Translations under genes and position numbers: made by a program | The notes under the pieces: generated by a model | Databases searched by the model: none | What the model was told of the DNA's origin: nothing | What the model saw: the letters and a program-made list of their open reading frames with translations, nothing else | In this document: piece after piece, positions 28,089 through 37,873 of the stretch | Layout: the number at the start of each line of letters is the position of its first letter | Position numbering within the stretch: position 1 is the first letter of the stretch | Origin: a virus | Lineage: Duplodnaviria > Caudoviricetes | Virus record (IMG/VR): IMGVR_UViG_3300031993_000015 | Reading direction: 5' to 3' (one strand) | Length of the DNA stretch: 64,000 bases

Positions 28089-28310
28089 ATGTCCACCGTT
28101 GTCACTGTCTTACTCTGTCTCGCCGCCGTCAGCCTTTTGCCTGCACTTGTCACTGGTGTGCTCGCTTGGTGCCAGGAGATCCTCAGATTGGTATGCGATG
28201 TCATCGAGGAGCGCAGCGCGGACGCTGTATTAGCCTGTTCTATATACATGGCGATCAGCCTGGGCCTTATGGCGCTGATTGTGCATCTTGGGATCAAGTA
28301 TCTGGTGTAA
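28089..28310 (+). CDS. small two-TM membrane protein
   Basis: AAGGAG RBS; two hydrophobic helices. Confidence 0.75.
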   Translation: MSTVVTVLLCLAAVSLLPALVTGVLAWCQEILRLVCDVIEERSADAVLACSIYMAISLGLMALIVHLGIKYLV

Positions 28311-28322
28311 GGAGAAGGCATT

Positions 28323-28670
28323 ATGTCACGTTTCAAGAGAGTTATCATACGAGGCGAGCAAGCCATAAATGCCTTCCAGCGGTTCTACGCAGACTGGAAA
28401 GCAGAATGGGAAGGCGATCATGCTGCCCGTGATATGAACGCACCTTTGCGATCTATTGACAACATACCGCCGTATGATCTCAGCATCGAGGATGCCAGTA
28501 CACCTGGTAAGCTGGTTGTCTGCCTGAGTATGACAATATGGTCACTGAGCAATACCGTTGATATGTTCGTGCAGAATATGATTGACCACGGCATTCTCAA
28601 CTACGAGTTTGACCTGAAGTCTGTAATTCCAGCCAAGCCTGATCCAGTAGTACATGCGAGGTTCAAATGA
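28323..28670 (+). CDS. hypothetical protein
   Basis: AAGGAG RBS. Confidence 0.72.
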   Translation: MSRFKRVIIRGEQAINAFQRFYADWKAEWEGDHAARDMNAPLRSIDNIPPYDLSIEDASTPGKLVVCLSMTIWSLSNTVDMFVQNMIDHGILNYEFDLKSVIPAKPDPVVHARFK

Positions 28671-29095
28671 CCCACGCAGAACTCGTCCAAGCCGCTGTTG
28701 CCCAGCTCAAGCGCTGGCGCTGCCTGCCGATCATCTCGGAGATGCACTGCGCCAACACCTACGGCGAGATCCCGGACGCCATCGGATGGCTGTCCAGGGC
28801 GTCTATCCTGATCGAGTGCAAGACCTCCAGAGCAGACTTCCTGCGGGACCGCGAGAAGCTCTTTCGGCAGGAACCTGCGTTTGGTATGGGCGACATCCGA
28901 CTGTACTTCACCAATCCAGGCGTGATCTGGAATGACTTGCCGGAGGGCTGGGGTCACTACGTGGTCTTCGACGGCAAGCCCAAGTACATGTCCGGCCTGC
29001 GCTACAGCAATGCCTGTAAGATCCCGTTCCAGGGTAACAAGCGTGAGGAGATGTACCTCATGCGTTCCTATATCAGACGAAAGGAGTCCGTATGA
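28667..29095 (+). CDS. PD-(D/E)xK-fold (MmcB-like) putative nuclease
   Basis: E...GEIPDAIGW...SILIECKTSRADFLRD motif. Confidence 0.7.
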   Translation: MTHAELVQAAVAQLKRWRCLPIISEMHCANTYGEIPDAIGWLSRASILIECKTSRADFLRDREKLFRQEPAFGMGDIRLYFTNPGVIWNDLPEGWGHYVVFDGKPKYMSGLRYSNACKIPFQGNKREEMYLMRSYIRRKESV

Positions 29096-29487
29096 AACCC
29101 GACACAGTTCAAGTCAATCGCACCTACTGGACCATCATGACGAACCAGTACGGTGACAGCACCACAGCCGATAGCATCCTGCTGGCGCCTGTGTTTGTGC
29201 TCTACATCGAGCCTGACATGGGGCCCGGAGAGTCTGGTCACATGTGCGCCTGCGCCATGCTGGACTGCAAGGGCAACATTCCGTGCCCGATGCCGATCCG
29301 CAAGGTGCGTGAGGCGTTCCTGTATGAGGACTTCGACGAAGCCTGGGACATGCTGCACAAGGACATGCAGGACGGTCTGAAGGCGCTTGACAAGATGCGG
29401 GCGGATGCGCAGGCTGAAGGTTACGATCTGGACAAGAAGGACCACCTCCTGCTTATCCAGCTGAACTCACTGGAGAAGAAGCCATGA
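29092..29487 (+). CDS. divergent SH3/KOW-like barrel family protein
   Basis: AAGGAG RBS; VQVNRTYWTI...FLYEDFDEAWDML plus helix. Confidence 0.65.
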   Translation: MKPDTVQVNRTYWTIMTNQYGDSTTADSILLAPVFVLYIEPDMGPGESGHMCACAMLDCKGNIPCPMPIRKVREAFLYEDFDEAWDMLHKDMQDGLKALDKMRADAQAEGYDLDKKDHLLLIQLNSLEKKP

Positions 29488-29696
29488 GTGAAGGTACGAT
29501 GATCCTGCTGATGCTCATCGGGTGTCTGTCACTGGGAGCTATTATGGCGTACCTGGATGAGAAGTACCCGCTTGCATTCAATCTCACCATGTGCTTTATC
29601 CTGTTCACCATACTGCTCTATGTTTGCATCAAGAAGTATGACCAAGCATGTGCCAGACTGGAGAAGTCGCAGCAGACCCAGGAGGTGCAGCCGTGA
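29484..29696 (+). CDS. small two-TM membrane protein
   Basis: GGAG RBS; two hydrophobic segments. Confidence 0.72.
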   Translation: MSEGTMILLMLIGCLSLGAIMAYLDEKYPLAFNLTMCFILFTILLYVCIKKYDQACARLEKSQQTQEVQP

Positions 29697-29905
29697 CCAC
29701 AGTGTTCGTTCTTTTAGGCTTTGGCTGTCTGTTCCTGTTGCCAGTTGCAATCATGCTGGTGCTTGGCTTTGTACATCTCCTGGAGGACGTCGCCAAGGGC
29801 TACATCGACGAGTGCAACGAGCTGGCTCTTGCGCTGGTCAGCATAGCCGGCGTTATCTGCCTGATCGCTGCACTGATCCTGTATCACCAGGGAGGCACAC
29901 CATGA
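29693..29905 (+). CDS. small two-TM membrane protein (GTG start)
   Basis: AGGAGG RBS; GTGA overlap; similar to 28089. Confidence 0.72.
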   Translation: MTTVFVLLGFGCLFLLPVAIMLVLGFVHLLEDVAKGYIDECNELALALVSIAGVICLIAALILYHQGGTP

Positions 29906-30129
29906 GCACCATCAGCATCATCCTGTTCACCATTGCGGGCACCCTGTTCATTCCAGGTCTCGTTTCTGTCCTTATTGCTGGCGCAATTCAGGTGTACAAG
30001 CTATTGGATCGGTTCGGTGAACATGGCTTTGCATGGGCTGTTATCGGTCTGTGGGCTGCTGTGGTCTTTATCCTGTTCATGCTGGGGTTCTGCTGGATGG
30101 ACGGCTTTCCTGAGATTCATCCGCACTGA
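29902..30129 (+). CDS. small two-TM membrane protein
   Basis: GGAGG RBS; ATGA overlap. Confidence 0.72.
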   Translation: MSTISIILFTIAGTLFIPGLVSVLIAGAIQVYKLLDRFGEHGFAWAVIGLWAAVVFILFMLGFCWMDGFPEIHPH

Positions 30130-30172
30130 CGCAACGGCTTTTGTAAACAACAATCTCCATAGGAGGACTACT

Positions 30173-30604
30173 ATGAAATACTACAACTGGCATGGCCAGA
30201 TCTACAAGAACAATCCGCCCGATCCACTGTACACTGACGACGGCCGCTCCATTTCGCCAGTCGATGATGCGACCTTCGAGGCCGAAGGCGGCGTCATCAC
30301 CACGGACGAGAAGCCGACTCCTGAGCAGGAAGCGCATGCTGCCTGGAAGCAGTTCCGCAAGGCGGTCTATGCCCTTCAGGCTTTCCTACATGATCCGACA
30401 TTCATGGGCAGTTTTGATGAGGATGACAAGGTGAGGGAGTCTCCTTATACCAAGGCAGACAAGCTGACAGCGCTTGAGCTTACGGAGGAATGGCATGGTG
30501 CCAACGATAAGGCTGTATATCGCTCTAAGCTGATTGGTCTCGGTCAGCCAGACTGGTACTTCGAGTGCTGGAAGCACACGGACGAGGACGATCCGGAGGA
30601 ATAA
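30173..30604 (+). CDS. hypothetical protein (possible fibre-assembly chaperone-like)
   Basis: AGGAGG RBS; the function is a guess from size and neighbourhood only. Confidence 0.7.
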   Translation: MKYYNWHGQIYKNNPPDPLYTDDGRSISPVDDATFEAEGGVITTDEKPTPEQEAHAAWKQFRKAVYALQAFLHDPTFMGSFDEDDKVRESPYTKADKLTALELTEEWHGANDKAVYRSKLIGLGQPDWYFECWKHTDEDDPEE

Positions 30605-30607
30605 GCC

Positions 30608-31681
30608 ATGAACGTCCGGACAGTACAGCACAGCATGCTGAAGTGTGCGGCTATGACATACGGCGGTACTGCACCTGCTGGTACCGGTTCGTGGCGAAAC
30701 ATATTCAGGCCGCCGACACAGCCGCAGTGGAACCCGATGGGACAGGTACCTGGAGCTGTAAGGCGCTGGTTTGACAGTGTCGGCAAGCCCCAGGGCCAGT
30801 CCGGTTCTTATTTCGGTGGTTCATGGCAGAACAACCCGGTCCGCAACATCCAGGGTGATAATCAGTCCTGGCGCAGAGGCTTCCAGTCTCCGGTTACATC
30901 TGTCAGAGACATACAGGCGGATAACCAGACATGGCAACGCAAACCCTGGTTACGGCAGCAGCCGTCCATAAGGGACATGCAGGCTGACAATCAGACATGG
31001 CAGCGCAGACCCTGGGCAAACAATATCAACACAACGGCTCTGTTCCGGAAGCAGGCCGGGCTCTTCGGCAATACAATGGTCGGGCGCTGGATCACGGACA
31101 CGATGGGTCCGCACACGTTCGTGTCTGATGCGCTCGGTGCATCACCACTGGACATGATCGACTACCAGGCGCAGAAAGAGCTTGGCTGGCACAAGCCGAC
31201 TGGTGGCAGCCCTAACGACACCTACGGCCAGGAATACGCAAGGGCGCAGCAGCGTCTGGACGAAGGTCTTGCAAAGGCACAGCAGCGCCAGGCAGAGGCT
31301 CGCCAGAAACAGCTGGCGCAACAGCAGGCCCAGGCTTCGCGCAACAACGAGCGCCTGATGGCGGACTACATGGCCGGCAACAATCAGCAGCTCGCAAAAC
31401 AGAACCAGCGTGCGGCGCAGGGTCGGGCGATCACCAACAAGCAGCTGACGGATGCGAGAGGCATGGCACAGCTGAAGGTGGATGCTACCAGGCGCAACAT
31501 CGCAGGCATGCAGCAGGAGTTCGACCGCCAGGACGCCGTGAACCGCAATGTGCAAGGCATGGCCCGTGCTTTCATGCAGAGCGGCCAGGCACCGTTCGTA
31601 CAGCCTTCGCAGAGAACGCCGCAGCAGGTCGCGATGGACACCAAGTACAAGGAACTGTACGGTGGAACAAGGCCGGCCTGA
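30608..31681 (+). CDS. Q/R-rich putative internal virion protein with N-terminal SMLKxA leader
   Basis: MNVRTVQHSMLKCAA leader; three internal repeats VRNIQGDNQSWRR / VRDIQADNQTWQR / IRDMQADNQTWQR; internal FRKQAG. Confidence 0.7.
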   Translation: MNVRTVQHSMLKCAAMTYGGTAPAGTGSWRNIFRPPTQPQWNPMGQVPGAVRRWFDSVGKPQGQSGSYFGGSWQNNPVRNIQGDNQSWRRGFQSPVTSVRDIQADNQTWQRKPWLRQQPSIRDMQADNQTWQRRPWANNINTTALFRKQAGLFGNTMVGRWITDTMGPHTFVSDALGASPLDMIDYQAQKELGWHKPTGGSPNDTYGQEYARAQQRLDEGLAKAQQRQAEARQKQLAQQQAQASRNNERLMADYMAGNNQQLAKQNQRAAQGRAITNKQLTDARGMAQLKVDATRRNIAGMQQEFDRQDAVNRNVQGMARAFMQSGQAPFVQPSQRTPQQVAMDTKYKELYGGTRPA

Positions 31682-31702
31682 TCCGCAGCACACCGCAAGA
31701 AC

Positions 31703-31730
31703 AGCCCCTGCAACCCAGGGGCTTTATTTT
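31703..31730 (+). terminator. intrinsic terminator
   Basis: AGCCCCTG/CAGGGGCT stem plus TTATTTT. Confidence 0.75.
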
Positions 31731-31760
31731 ATATAGTGGAACAACAAAGGAGAACGCGAC

Positions 31761-34700
31761 ATGTCCTGGAAGAACACAACGGCTGGCAAAGAGTTTGATT
31801 TGGATGATCCACACTTTACGACCCCCATGTCAGTCATATCGGGGCTGGCCAGCGGTCTATGTGAGCGGAAGGCGGCTGTGGATGCGACTTTCAATACGCA
31901 GAGCTGGGGCGCCAATCAGACTGGGCAGCAGAAGCTGAACACGCAGTCTGCAACGGTATCCAACATGGCTGCCAATATTGCGATTACGCACAGCACGACT
32001 GAGACGTCTGCTTATGCAGCAAACGCGGAGACATTTGCGGCTCCTACGAGTTGGACGCAAGGCGGGCAGACAAAGACATACCTGGATTATTTTGATAACG
32101 CTCTGGTGAATGTCGCCAATCTGTATGTGAATCGTGGTGGCGTTGCTTACAACGGTTTTGATGGGCTTGCTGCGGCCGCATCTGCCAGGGCAGACAGTGA
32201 TGTGAACGTGAGCCATTATGCAGGCTACACGGTCGATACAACGGCGACATCCGGCGGTTCCGGTGTTGCAGGTGATGCGGGTCGCCCGGCGTATGTCGGC
32301 ACGTTTACACCAATGTTCCGCGCAGACTGGGCAGTCGAGCGCAGAGACATGCTGGAGGAGCTGCGATATGTGCATACAACAGGAGCCATATCTGATTTGA
32401 CATATACAGGAAAAGACTTGTCTATTGGTGTTACTAACAGAGTGATATATAAAGGAGACGATAAGTTTGACAGATACCCAGCTATAGATGCACCGAGGGT
32501 TCCGTATCATGATCATGTTTACGTAGGATGGAAGAGCGGAACACAGCTTGTATATACTGATGACGATTCTCCGAGTGTAGGCTCGAACATATATGATTCA
32601 TCGTACCACACGTATACGCGAGATAAGGCAGACGACAATGTAGGAAACGACAGATATGCTTGGAGTAACACAAACGAGACACCTCCAGTTGTATATACGG
32701 ATACGCCATATAATCTTGGAGAGGATAGATCCTCTGAAACTCGTCTTCCAAATGACTCTTTTGGTGGAATAGTTATAGAGTGCGGTCCTCTTGATATGAC
32801 TTGTGAGTATCGTGCTCTTTCCTTTAGCTCCGGTGGCGTAATTGAACAAGACTTTATAAGAGACCCAGCCAGAGACAATACCAGTATACCTCGTTATTGC
32901 TGGTCTTCCGGAACATCCAGGATCTGGGTAGGCTATGAGAACAATCTTGATCCGGGTGATGCCATTTACAAGTCTGTCACAGGAAATTCAGCAGGCTATG
33001 TCTATCAGTTGTATAGATTACCTTCGGACGATGTGTTTAACAGATATCCAGAAGGCGATTCAGACCATTATTATGCCTGGTCTTCCGGTACGACCTTTTT
33101 ATGGGCCTATGACAACTATGTAGACTACGATTTATATCATAGTCCAGGCGGCACCAGTATGGGTATAATAAGGACTTTGGATGCCCAGTATTTGACAGCG
33201 TTTACAGTGATAAGTTATGTTGCCGGTGAGTACAGTCATGATTATAAATTCGAAAGTATAGAAGAAATAATAACCGTTGGCGGAGTTAATTATAATAGAG
33301 ACGCCTCTAAGGATTCTACCGATGGCTATGCGTGGGTCAGCGGTGTGAACACTGTATATACGACGGTGCAACGTGTGTGGACCGGGAATTACACAGTTGG
33401 GGGCGCTGCGATAACAGGTACTACAGTGAATGTGATGCCTTTGTCGGAATCTATGCAGATAGCCGGAGATGCCAGTCATGCTGCTCCTTTCACGGATCGA
33501 CCTGTTGATAATTACTGCAGTGTAATAGAAAGGGAGCTGTGGGGGCTGTATGAACATGCCACATCAATAAGGACAATCACGCCAGACGCATGGCTTAGAG
33601 CACCTGCTGCTGATGCTACTACAGGCACAGCCAAATTACCCGCCACAGGCTCTGTTACTATTACAGATTTCTCCCAAGGCGGATCATCTATTGATTTAAT
33701 TACTTGTCCTTACTATCTATTGGCGGACTGTCATACAAAGGAAGACGATACAGACTATCCTTATGAAGTTCGTGTAATGGCAGGTCATGTCATATCATCT
33801 GACACAGCAAACGGACTAATACAGTCGTTGGATATGCACGGAGAATCTATTGGTGGAAAAACGCTTACTGTCAGTATATATTTAGGCATGCCGCACATAC
33901 TGCGTAATATGCCATTCGTCAGCTCATATCTGAACGAAACATCAATAAAGACATCGGCTGTTGTTACATATGGGGCAGCAGATGTAGCGGCTATGCAGGC
34001 AGGTGGAGGCACTCTTATAGTGCTATCAGGAGGAACAGTCACGCTGACAAACTGCTCAATCAATAGAGCTATAGTCGAGCCTACAGGGAGTCTTGTGTTA
34101 GGGACAGACGATGCGCGTGTCAGTGACTGTTGTATTTTGACAGGCATAAAGAACAATGCTCCTATAAGTGGAGCTATTGTAAGCGCCTATACAGAAAATC
34201 TTAACGCCGATAAAGTGTCATCCAGTTATATTGATTTTGATCTTGTTCGTACATATCAAACATCGAATACACTTGTAACAGCCGATGTGCAGTATACGAA
34301 CGGCCAAAGGCCGCCAAGGTCCAGTGTTATAGTGCAATCCGGTGCGACTTGTACGGTACAAGGCATGAACTGGGATAGTTGCTTTTTCCTTGTAAGCAGT
34401 GGCTGCTCTCTCATTGTAACAGAAGATTCTATATTAAGCGGCGTGACGCTATTGCCAGGAGCGCAGGCAACGATCTCCTCCAGCTATATAAAAAGTGCCT
34501 GCATACATAGCGGCGCTATTTGTCACGCATCAGGTGAGTGGTCTGAATCTGAAGGCAGTGCCCATTTAACTGCAATCACGTCATTATGTGTTTTATCAGG
34601 CGGAAAAGTTACACTCAATGAGTATGCTGACTATGGAGGGTATATCGAAGGTTTGTCTCTTGTTGATTATTGTTCCTTCGATACGGGGGCGGTTATGCAG

Positions 34701-35102
34701 TTGTACTCAGCTGGTACTCTGGTCAGCAAACCTATTGATTTATACGACTATAAACAGGCAAGGACCAGACCTACACGATCCATAGTTTGCACATTCTTCA
34801 ATCATAATTTGTCAGCCAACAATACGGCGCTTGTGGCAGGTTGGAATGTGATAACAGTGACAGTACCGGCAGGTGCTACATCTGTGTCTCTTGCAACAGG
34901 CAATGGGAACGCAGCGGATATTCCCCCTGTTAGAGAAATTTTGTTTACAGGTGTCGTAGGTGACGAGTTTCGAGGTAATTGGGATGCTGGTACGACACAG
35001 TGGGCAGGCTTCGTTATCGGCACGATAAAGGTAGATGGGCTTGATCTAACTGATAAGTATCCCCAGTTCACCTACCGCAAGTTCGGTGACGACCACAAGT
35101 GA
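31761..35102 (+). CDS. putative receptor-binding/adhesin protein with internal repeats and AIDA-like C-terminal repeats (1113 aa)
   Basis: AAGGAG RBS; five R-x-P/x-x-D...YAWxSGT-type repeats; VxSGxxxxV repeats near the C-terminus; AT-rich central part. Confidence 0.65.
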   Translation: MSWKNTTAGKEFDLDDPHFTTPMSVISGLASGLCERKAAVDATFNTQSWGANQTGQQKLNTQSATVSNMAANIAITHSTTETSAYAANAETFAAPTSWTQGGQTKTYLDYFDNALVNVANLYVNRGGVAYNGFDGLAAAASARADSDVNVSHYAGYTVDTTATSGGSGVAGDAGRPAYVGTFTPMFRADWAVERRDMLEELRYVHTTGAISDLTYTGKDLSIGVTNRVIYKGDDKFDRYPAIDAPRVPYHDHVYVGWKSGTQLVYTDDDSPSVGSNIYDSSYHTYTRDKADDNVGNDRYAWSNTNETPPVVYTDTPYNLGEDRSSETRLPNDSFGGIVIECGPLDMTCEYRALSFSSGGVIEQDFIRDPARDNTSIPRYCWSSGTSRIWVGYENNLDPGDAIYKSVTGNSAGYVYQLYRLPSDDVFNRYPEGDSDHYYAWSSGTTFLWAYDNYVDYDLYHSPGGTSMGIIRTLDAQYLTAFTVISYVAGEYSHDYKFESIEEIITVGGVNYNRDASKDSTDGYAWVSGVNTVYTTVQRVWTGNYTVGGAAITGTTVNVMPLSESMQIAGDASHAAPFTDRPVDNYCSVIERELWGLYEHATSIRTITPDAWLRAPAADATTGTAKLPATGSVTITDFSQGGSSIDLITCPYYLLADCHTKEDDTDYPYEVRVMAGHVISSDTANGLIQSLDMHGESIGGKTLTVSIYLGMPHILRNMPFVSSYLNETSIKTSAVVTYGAADVAAMQAGGGTLIVLSGGTVTLTNCSINRAIVEPTGSLVLGTDDARVSDCCILTGIKNNAPISGAIVSAYTENLNADKVSSSYIDFDLVRTYQTSNTLVTADVQYTNGQRPPRSSVIVQSGATCTVQGMNWDSCFFLVSSGCSLIVTEDSILSGVTLLPGAQATISSSYIKSACIHSGAICHASGEWSESEGSAHLTAITSLCVLSGGKVTLNEYADYGGYIEGLSLVDYCSFDTGAVMQLYSAGTLVSKPIDLYDYKQARTRPTRSIVCTFFNHNLSANNTALVAGWNVITVTVPAGATSVSLATGNGNAADIPPVREILFTGVVGDEFRGNWDAGTTQWAGFVIGTIKVDGLDLTDKYPQFTYRKFGDDHK

Positions 35103-35147
35103 CGCCTGACCCTCCTGCTCTTATAACTAGAACCCACGGAAGAACCA

Positions 35148-36449
35148 ATGCCAGACTTCGCTCCAGGAATCCCAAACAAGCTCAACAAAGGCCGCCTCAT
35201 GGACCTGCCCACCGATGTGCTGCTCACGCTCGTGCGCCAGCACCACCAGGCACGCAGGGCCGGCGACCACACAGACATGCGGATCGGCAACGAATCCGGG
35301 CTCTTTTCATGGGCGCTCCCGAAACACATGCCGGAGCAGCCAGGTCAGTACAGGCTCGCTGTTCCCACCAGTCTGCACAGGTATGCCTACAAGGACTTCG
35401 AGGGCACCATCCCGGAGGGCAAGTACGGTGCCGGCACTGTGACCAAGACCGAGGAGTCTCCTGTCATTCTTCTCAAGAACACGCCCAGCTACATCGAGTT
35501 TACCAGGGGCACCAGCAAGGACTCCAACGTATACCGCATGGTGCGCACAGGCAAAGGCAACTGGCTGATGTCCATCAAGGAACCCGGCCAGCCTGAGCCA
35601 GTAACCCAGTACCAGAAGGAGCACCTAAAGTCGGTTCCCATTGAGGACGCGCAGAAGCTCATAGACCAGGGCGCTACAGTGGTGCCCAAAGTGGACGGCG
35701 CAGGCGCTATAGCGTATCTTGGCAGACACGGCATCAATGTCTATGGTATACGGCCGGACAAGTCTGGGCTCAAGCCGGACTACACGGCGCACATCGGCGG
35801 TCTGTCCCAGGTGCAGGTACCGGAGGACCTGCAGGGCCAGCTCATCAGGGGCGAGCTCTATGGCATGAGGAACGGCCGCGTGATTCCAGCCAACGAACTG
35901 TCGGGTTATCTCAACAGCACGCTCCAGAACGCCATCCAGAAGCGCCAGCGCGGGCTCCGGCTCATGGTTGCGGCCCTGGCCATGAATAAGGGCAGGGACG
36001 ATTACGGGGCGCCCATGCAGGACATCGTGCGCAGACTCCACAGTCCTTCTTTTACAGTCCTGCCGAGCGCCAAGGGTTCCAGAGCCAAGCGCATGCTGAA
36101 GAACATCATGGAAGGCCGTGATCCGTACACCGGAGAGGGCGTCGTGCTGCATCTGCCTGGGAAGCGCCCCATCAAGAGCAAGATCCGGCCGGACTATGAC
36201 GTGGTCGTCCAGGACGTGTTCCAAGCTGATACCAAGGCCGCGCCGAGAGCAGGTGGCTTCACCTACAGCCTGCCTGGATCTGACAAAGTGGTCGGCCGCG
36301 TGGGAACAGGCTTCGATCACCGGATGTTGCGCGACATGCTGGAACACCCGGAAGCCTACCGTGGCCGGACGGCTCGTATCCAGGCGCAGGAACAGTACCC
36401 GACGGGTGCATACAGAGCACCCAGCTTTATTGCAATGAAGGAAGACTGA
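35148..36449 (+). CDS. ATP-dependent DNA ligase with N-terminal LigD 3'-phosphoesterase domain
   Basis: PE motifs QHHQARR..HTDMR...SWALPK...RLAV...H...YKDFEGTIPEGKYGAGTV; ligase motifs PKVDG, GEL, EGVV, KSK and OB-fold GRVGTGF. Confidence 0.88.
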   Translation: MPDFAPGIPNKLNKGRLMDLPTDVLLTLVRQHHQARRAGDHTDMRIGNESGLFSWALPKHMPEQPGQYRLAVPTSLHRYAYKDFEGTIPEGKYGAGTVTKTEESPVILLKNTPSYIEFTRGTSKDSNVYRMVRTGKGNWLMSIKEPGQPEPVTQYQKEHLKSVPIEDAQKLIDQGATVVPKVDGAGAIAYLGRHGINVYGIRPDKSGLKPDYTAHIGGLSQVQVPEDLQGQLIRGELYGMRNGRVIPANELSGYLNSTLQNAIQKRQRGLRLMVAALAMNKGRDDYGAPMQDIVRRLHSPSFTVLPSAKGSRAKRMLKNIMEGRDPYTGEGVVLHLPGKRPIKSKIRPDYDVVVQDVFQADTKAAPRAGGFTYSLPGSDKVVGRVGTGFDHRMLRDMLEHPEAYRGRTARIQAQEQYPTGAYRAPSFIAMKED

Positions 36450-37663
36450 TGGCTAAGCACAACCTCTATACATATGTTCCCAAGAAGAACACACTGAAGA
36501 CGGACGGCCTCTACGGTCCAATCGGTGACTCTGAGGAGAACCTGGCCAGGCGTTACGGCTACAGGGCTGGCTCCAAGGACAAGCTGGACATCCTGAACTG
36601 GCTGGAATCCACAGCGCCCGGTCGCTCCAGAGTCATCAGTGTTCTGACTGAGCCAATACCTGCGGATGTTTCGGAGAACATGCGTGCCTTCCGTAATTCC
36701 AGTGTGCAGGTCACGTTGCCGCCGTACACAGAGTTGCTGGACGCTGGGGTTATCGAGCGGCCGATCTATAGGAGCAACGTGCATGGTCCTGGTCTGATCC
36801 CTGCGAAGCGGATTTCTTACAGGAAGCTCCAGTGGAAGAGGCCGAACAACACGCCGCTGGTGTTCAAGGGCATTCGGCATTACATGCTGCCTACAGTGGA
36901 CGGACATATTCCGCCGGAATATCTGCTGGCGATTGCTGTGATGAGCCAGGAGGACGGCATGCAGAAGGATGCCTCCATGTCTCCTGACGAGCGCAGGTTG
37001 CGGCGCCTTGCCCGGCCGTTCTATCCAGCTGTTGGACGCCGTTCTTGGGAGCATGTCAACCAGGTGAAGCAGAACGCCGAGATGATGACCCAGGGCCTGG
37101 AGCACCGGCCGCTGACCCTGCAGGAGAAGGCCGCCATCTATTTCCACGACTGCGCCATCCGTCAGCGCGGTACAGGCAAGGAGCACGGCAAGTATGGCCG
37201 GGAGACGGCCATTCCGCTTTTGCTGTCTACCGGTATCTTCAACGACAAGCAGCTGAAAGAGATCGGGCAGGCCATTCTGGAGCACGACACACTGAATGCC
37301 ACCGGGAAGAAGTTCTCCAATAGAACAGGCGAGGTGCTGGCATCTGGTGACGCGAATACGCCGGACCTGCCGTGGCTGTTGAACAAGTTCTACAACTGGC
37401 AGCTCCAGAACAATCCGGACAAGGACACGTGGCCGGCGGATATCTACGAGACGGCCATCGAGGAGTTCGGCAACAAGTCCACGGAGAAATTCCCTGCGCT
37501 GTACAACAAGTTCCACGGGGACCGTGTCCAGAAGCTGCGTGACCAGATCGACAGCATGTCCCAGGATGATATGTGGAACATGGTGCAGAAGTACCGCCGT
37601 AAGCACCACCTGAGCGAGTTGGATGAGCGGCTGGGCAAGCCACCGATGTTCCAGCCGGTGTAA
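36449..37663 (+). CDS. two-domain protein with C-terminal HD-family phosphohydrolase domain
   Basis: H...FHDC...EHG...AILEHD...GDA metal-binding pattern; MQKDAS linker between the domains. Confidence 0.7.
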   Translation: MAKHNLYTYVPKKNTLKTDGLYGPIGDSEENLARRYGYRAGSKDKLDILNWLESTAPGRSRVISVLTEPIPADVSENMRAFRNSSVQVTLPPYTELLDAGVIERPIYRSNVHGPGLIPAKRISYRKLQWKRPNNTPLVFKGIRHYMLPTVDGHIPPEYLLAIAVMSQEDGMQKDASMSPDERRLRRLARPFYPAVGRRSWEHVNQVKQNAEMMTQGLEHRPLTLQEKAAIYFHDCAIRQRGTGKEHGKYGRETAIPLLLSTGIFNDKQLKEIGQAILEHDTLNATGKKFSNRTGEVLASGDANTPDLPWLLNKFYNWQLQNNPDKDTWPADIYETAIEEFGNKSTEKFPALYNKFHGDRVQKLRDQIDSMSQDDMWNMVQKYRRKHHLSELDERLGKPPMFQPV

Positions 37664-37759
37664 GGGTTAATTTCTGTTTCTGCAGTTTTGTTGCAGATTT
37701 ACGAGTTAACCCTGCTCGTACTGCAAACTTTGCGCCGGTTGCCGCAAAGTTCTCAGTAG

Positions 37760-37782
37760 ATTTTCAACCTGAAGTTCAAAAT
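37760..37782. repeat. 23-bp pseudo-palindrome copy 4
   Basis: ATTTTCAACCTGAAGTTCAAAAT. Confidence 0.8.
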
Positions 37783-37873
37783 CCGGTTCCCACATTTTCA
37801 TAGGGACTTTTGGGGCACTTACGCCATTTTTCTGAGGCACTTTTGTAAGTGCCTATTTTTGTGTAGTTTAGGG

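Noticed and set aside
31761-35102. Diversity-generating retroelement target
   Set aside because: No reverse transcriptase and no template/variable repeat pair differing at adenines was seen in the window.
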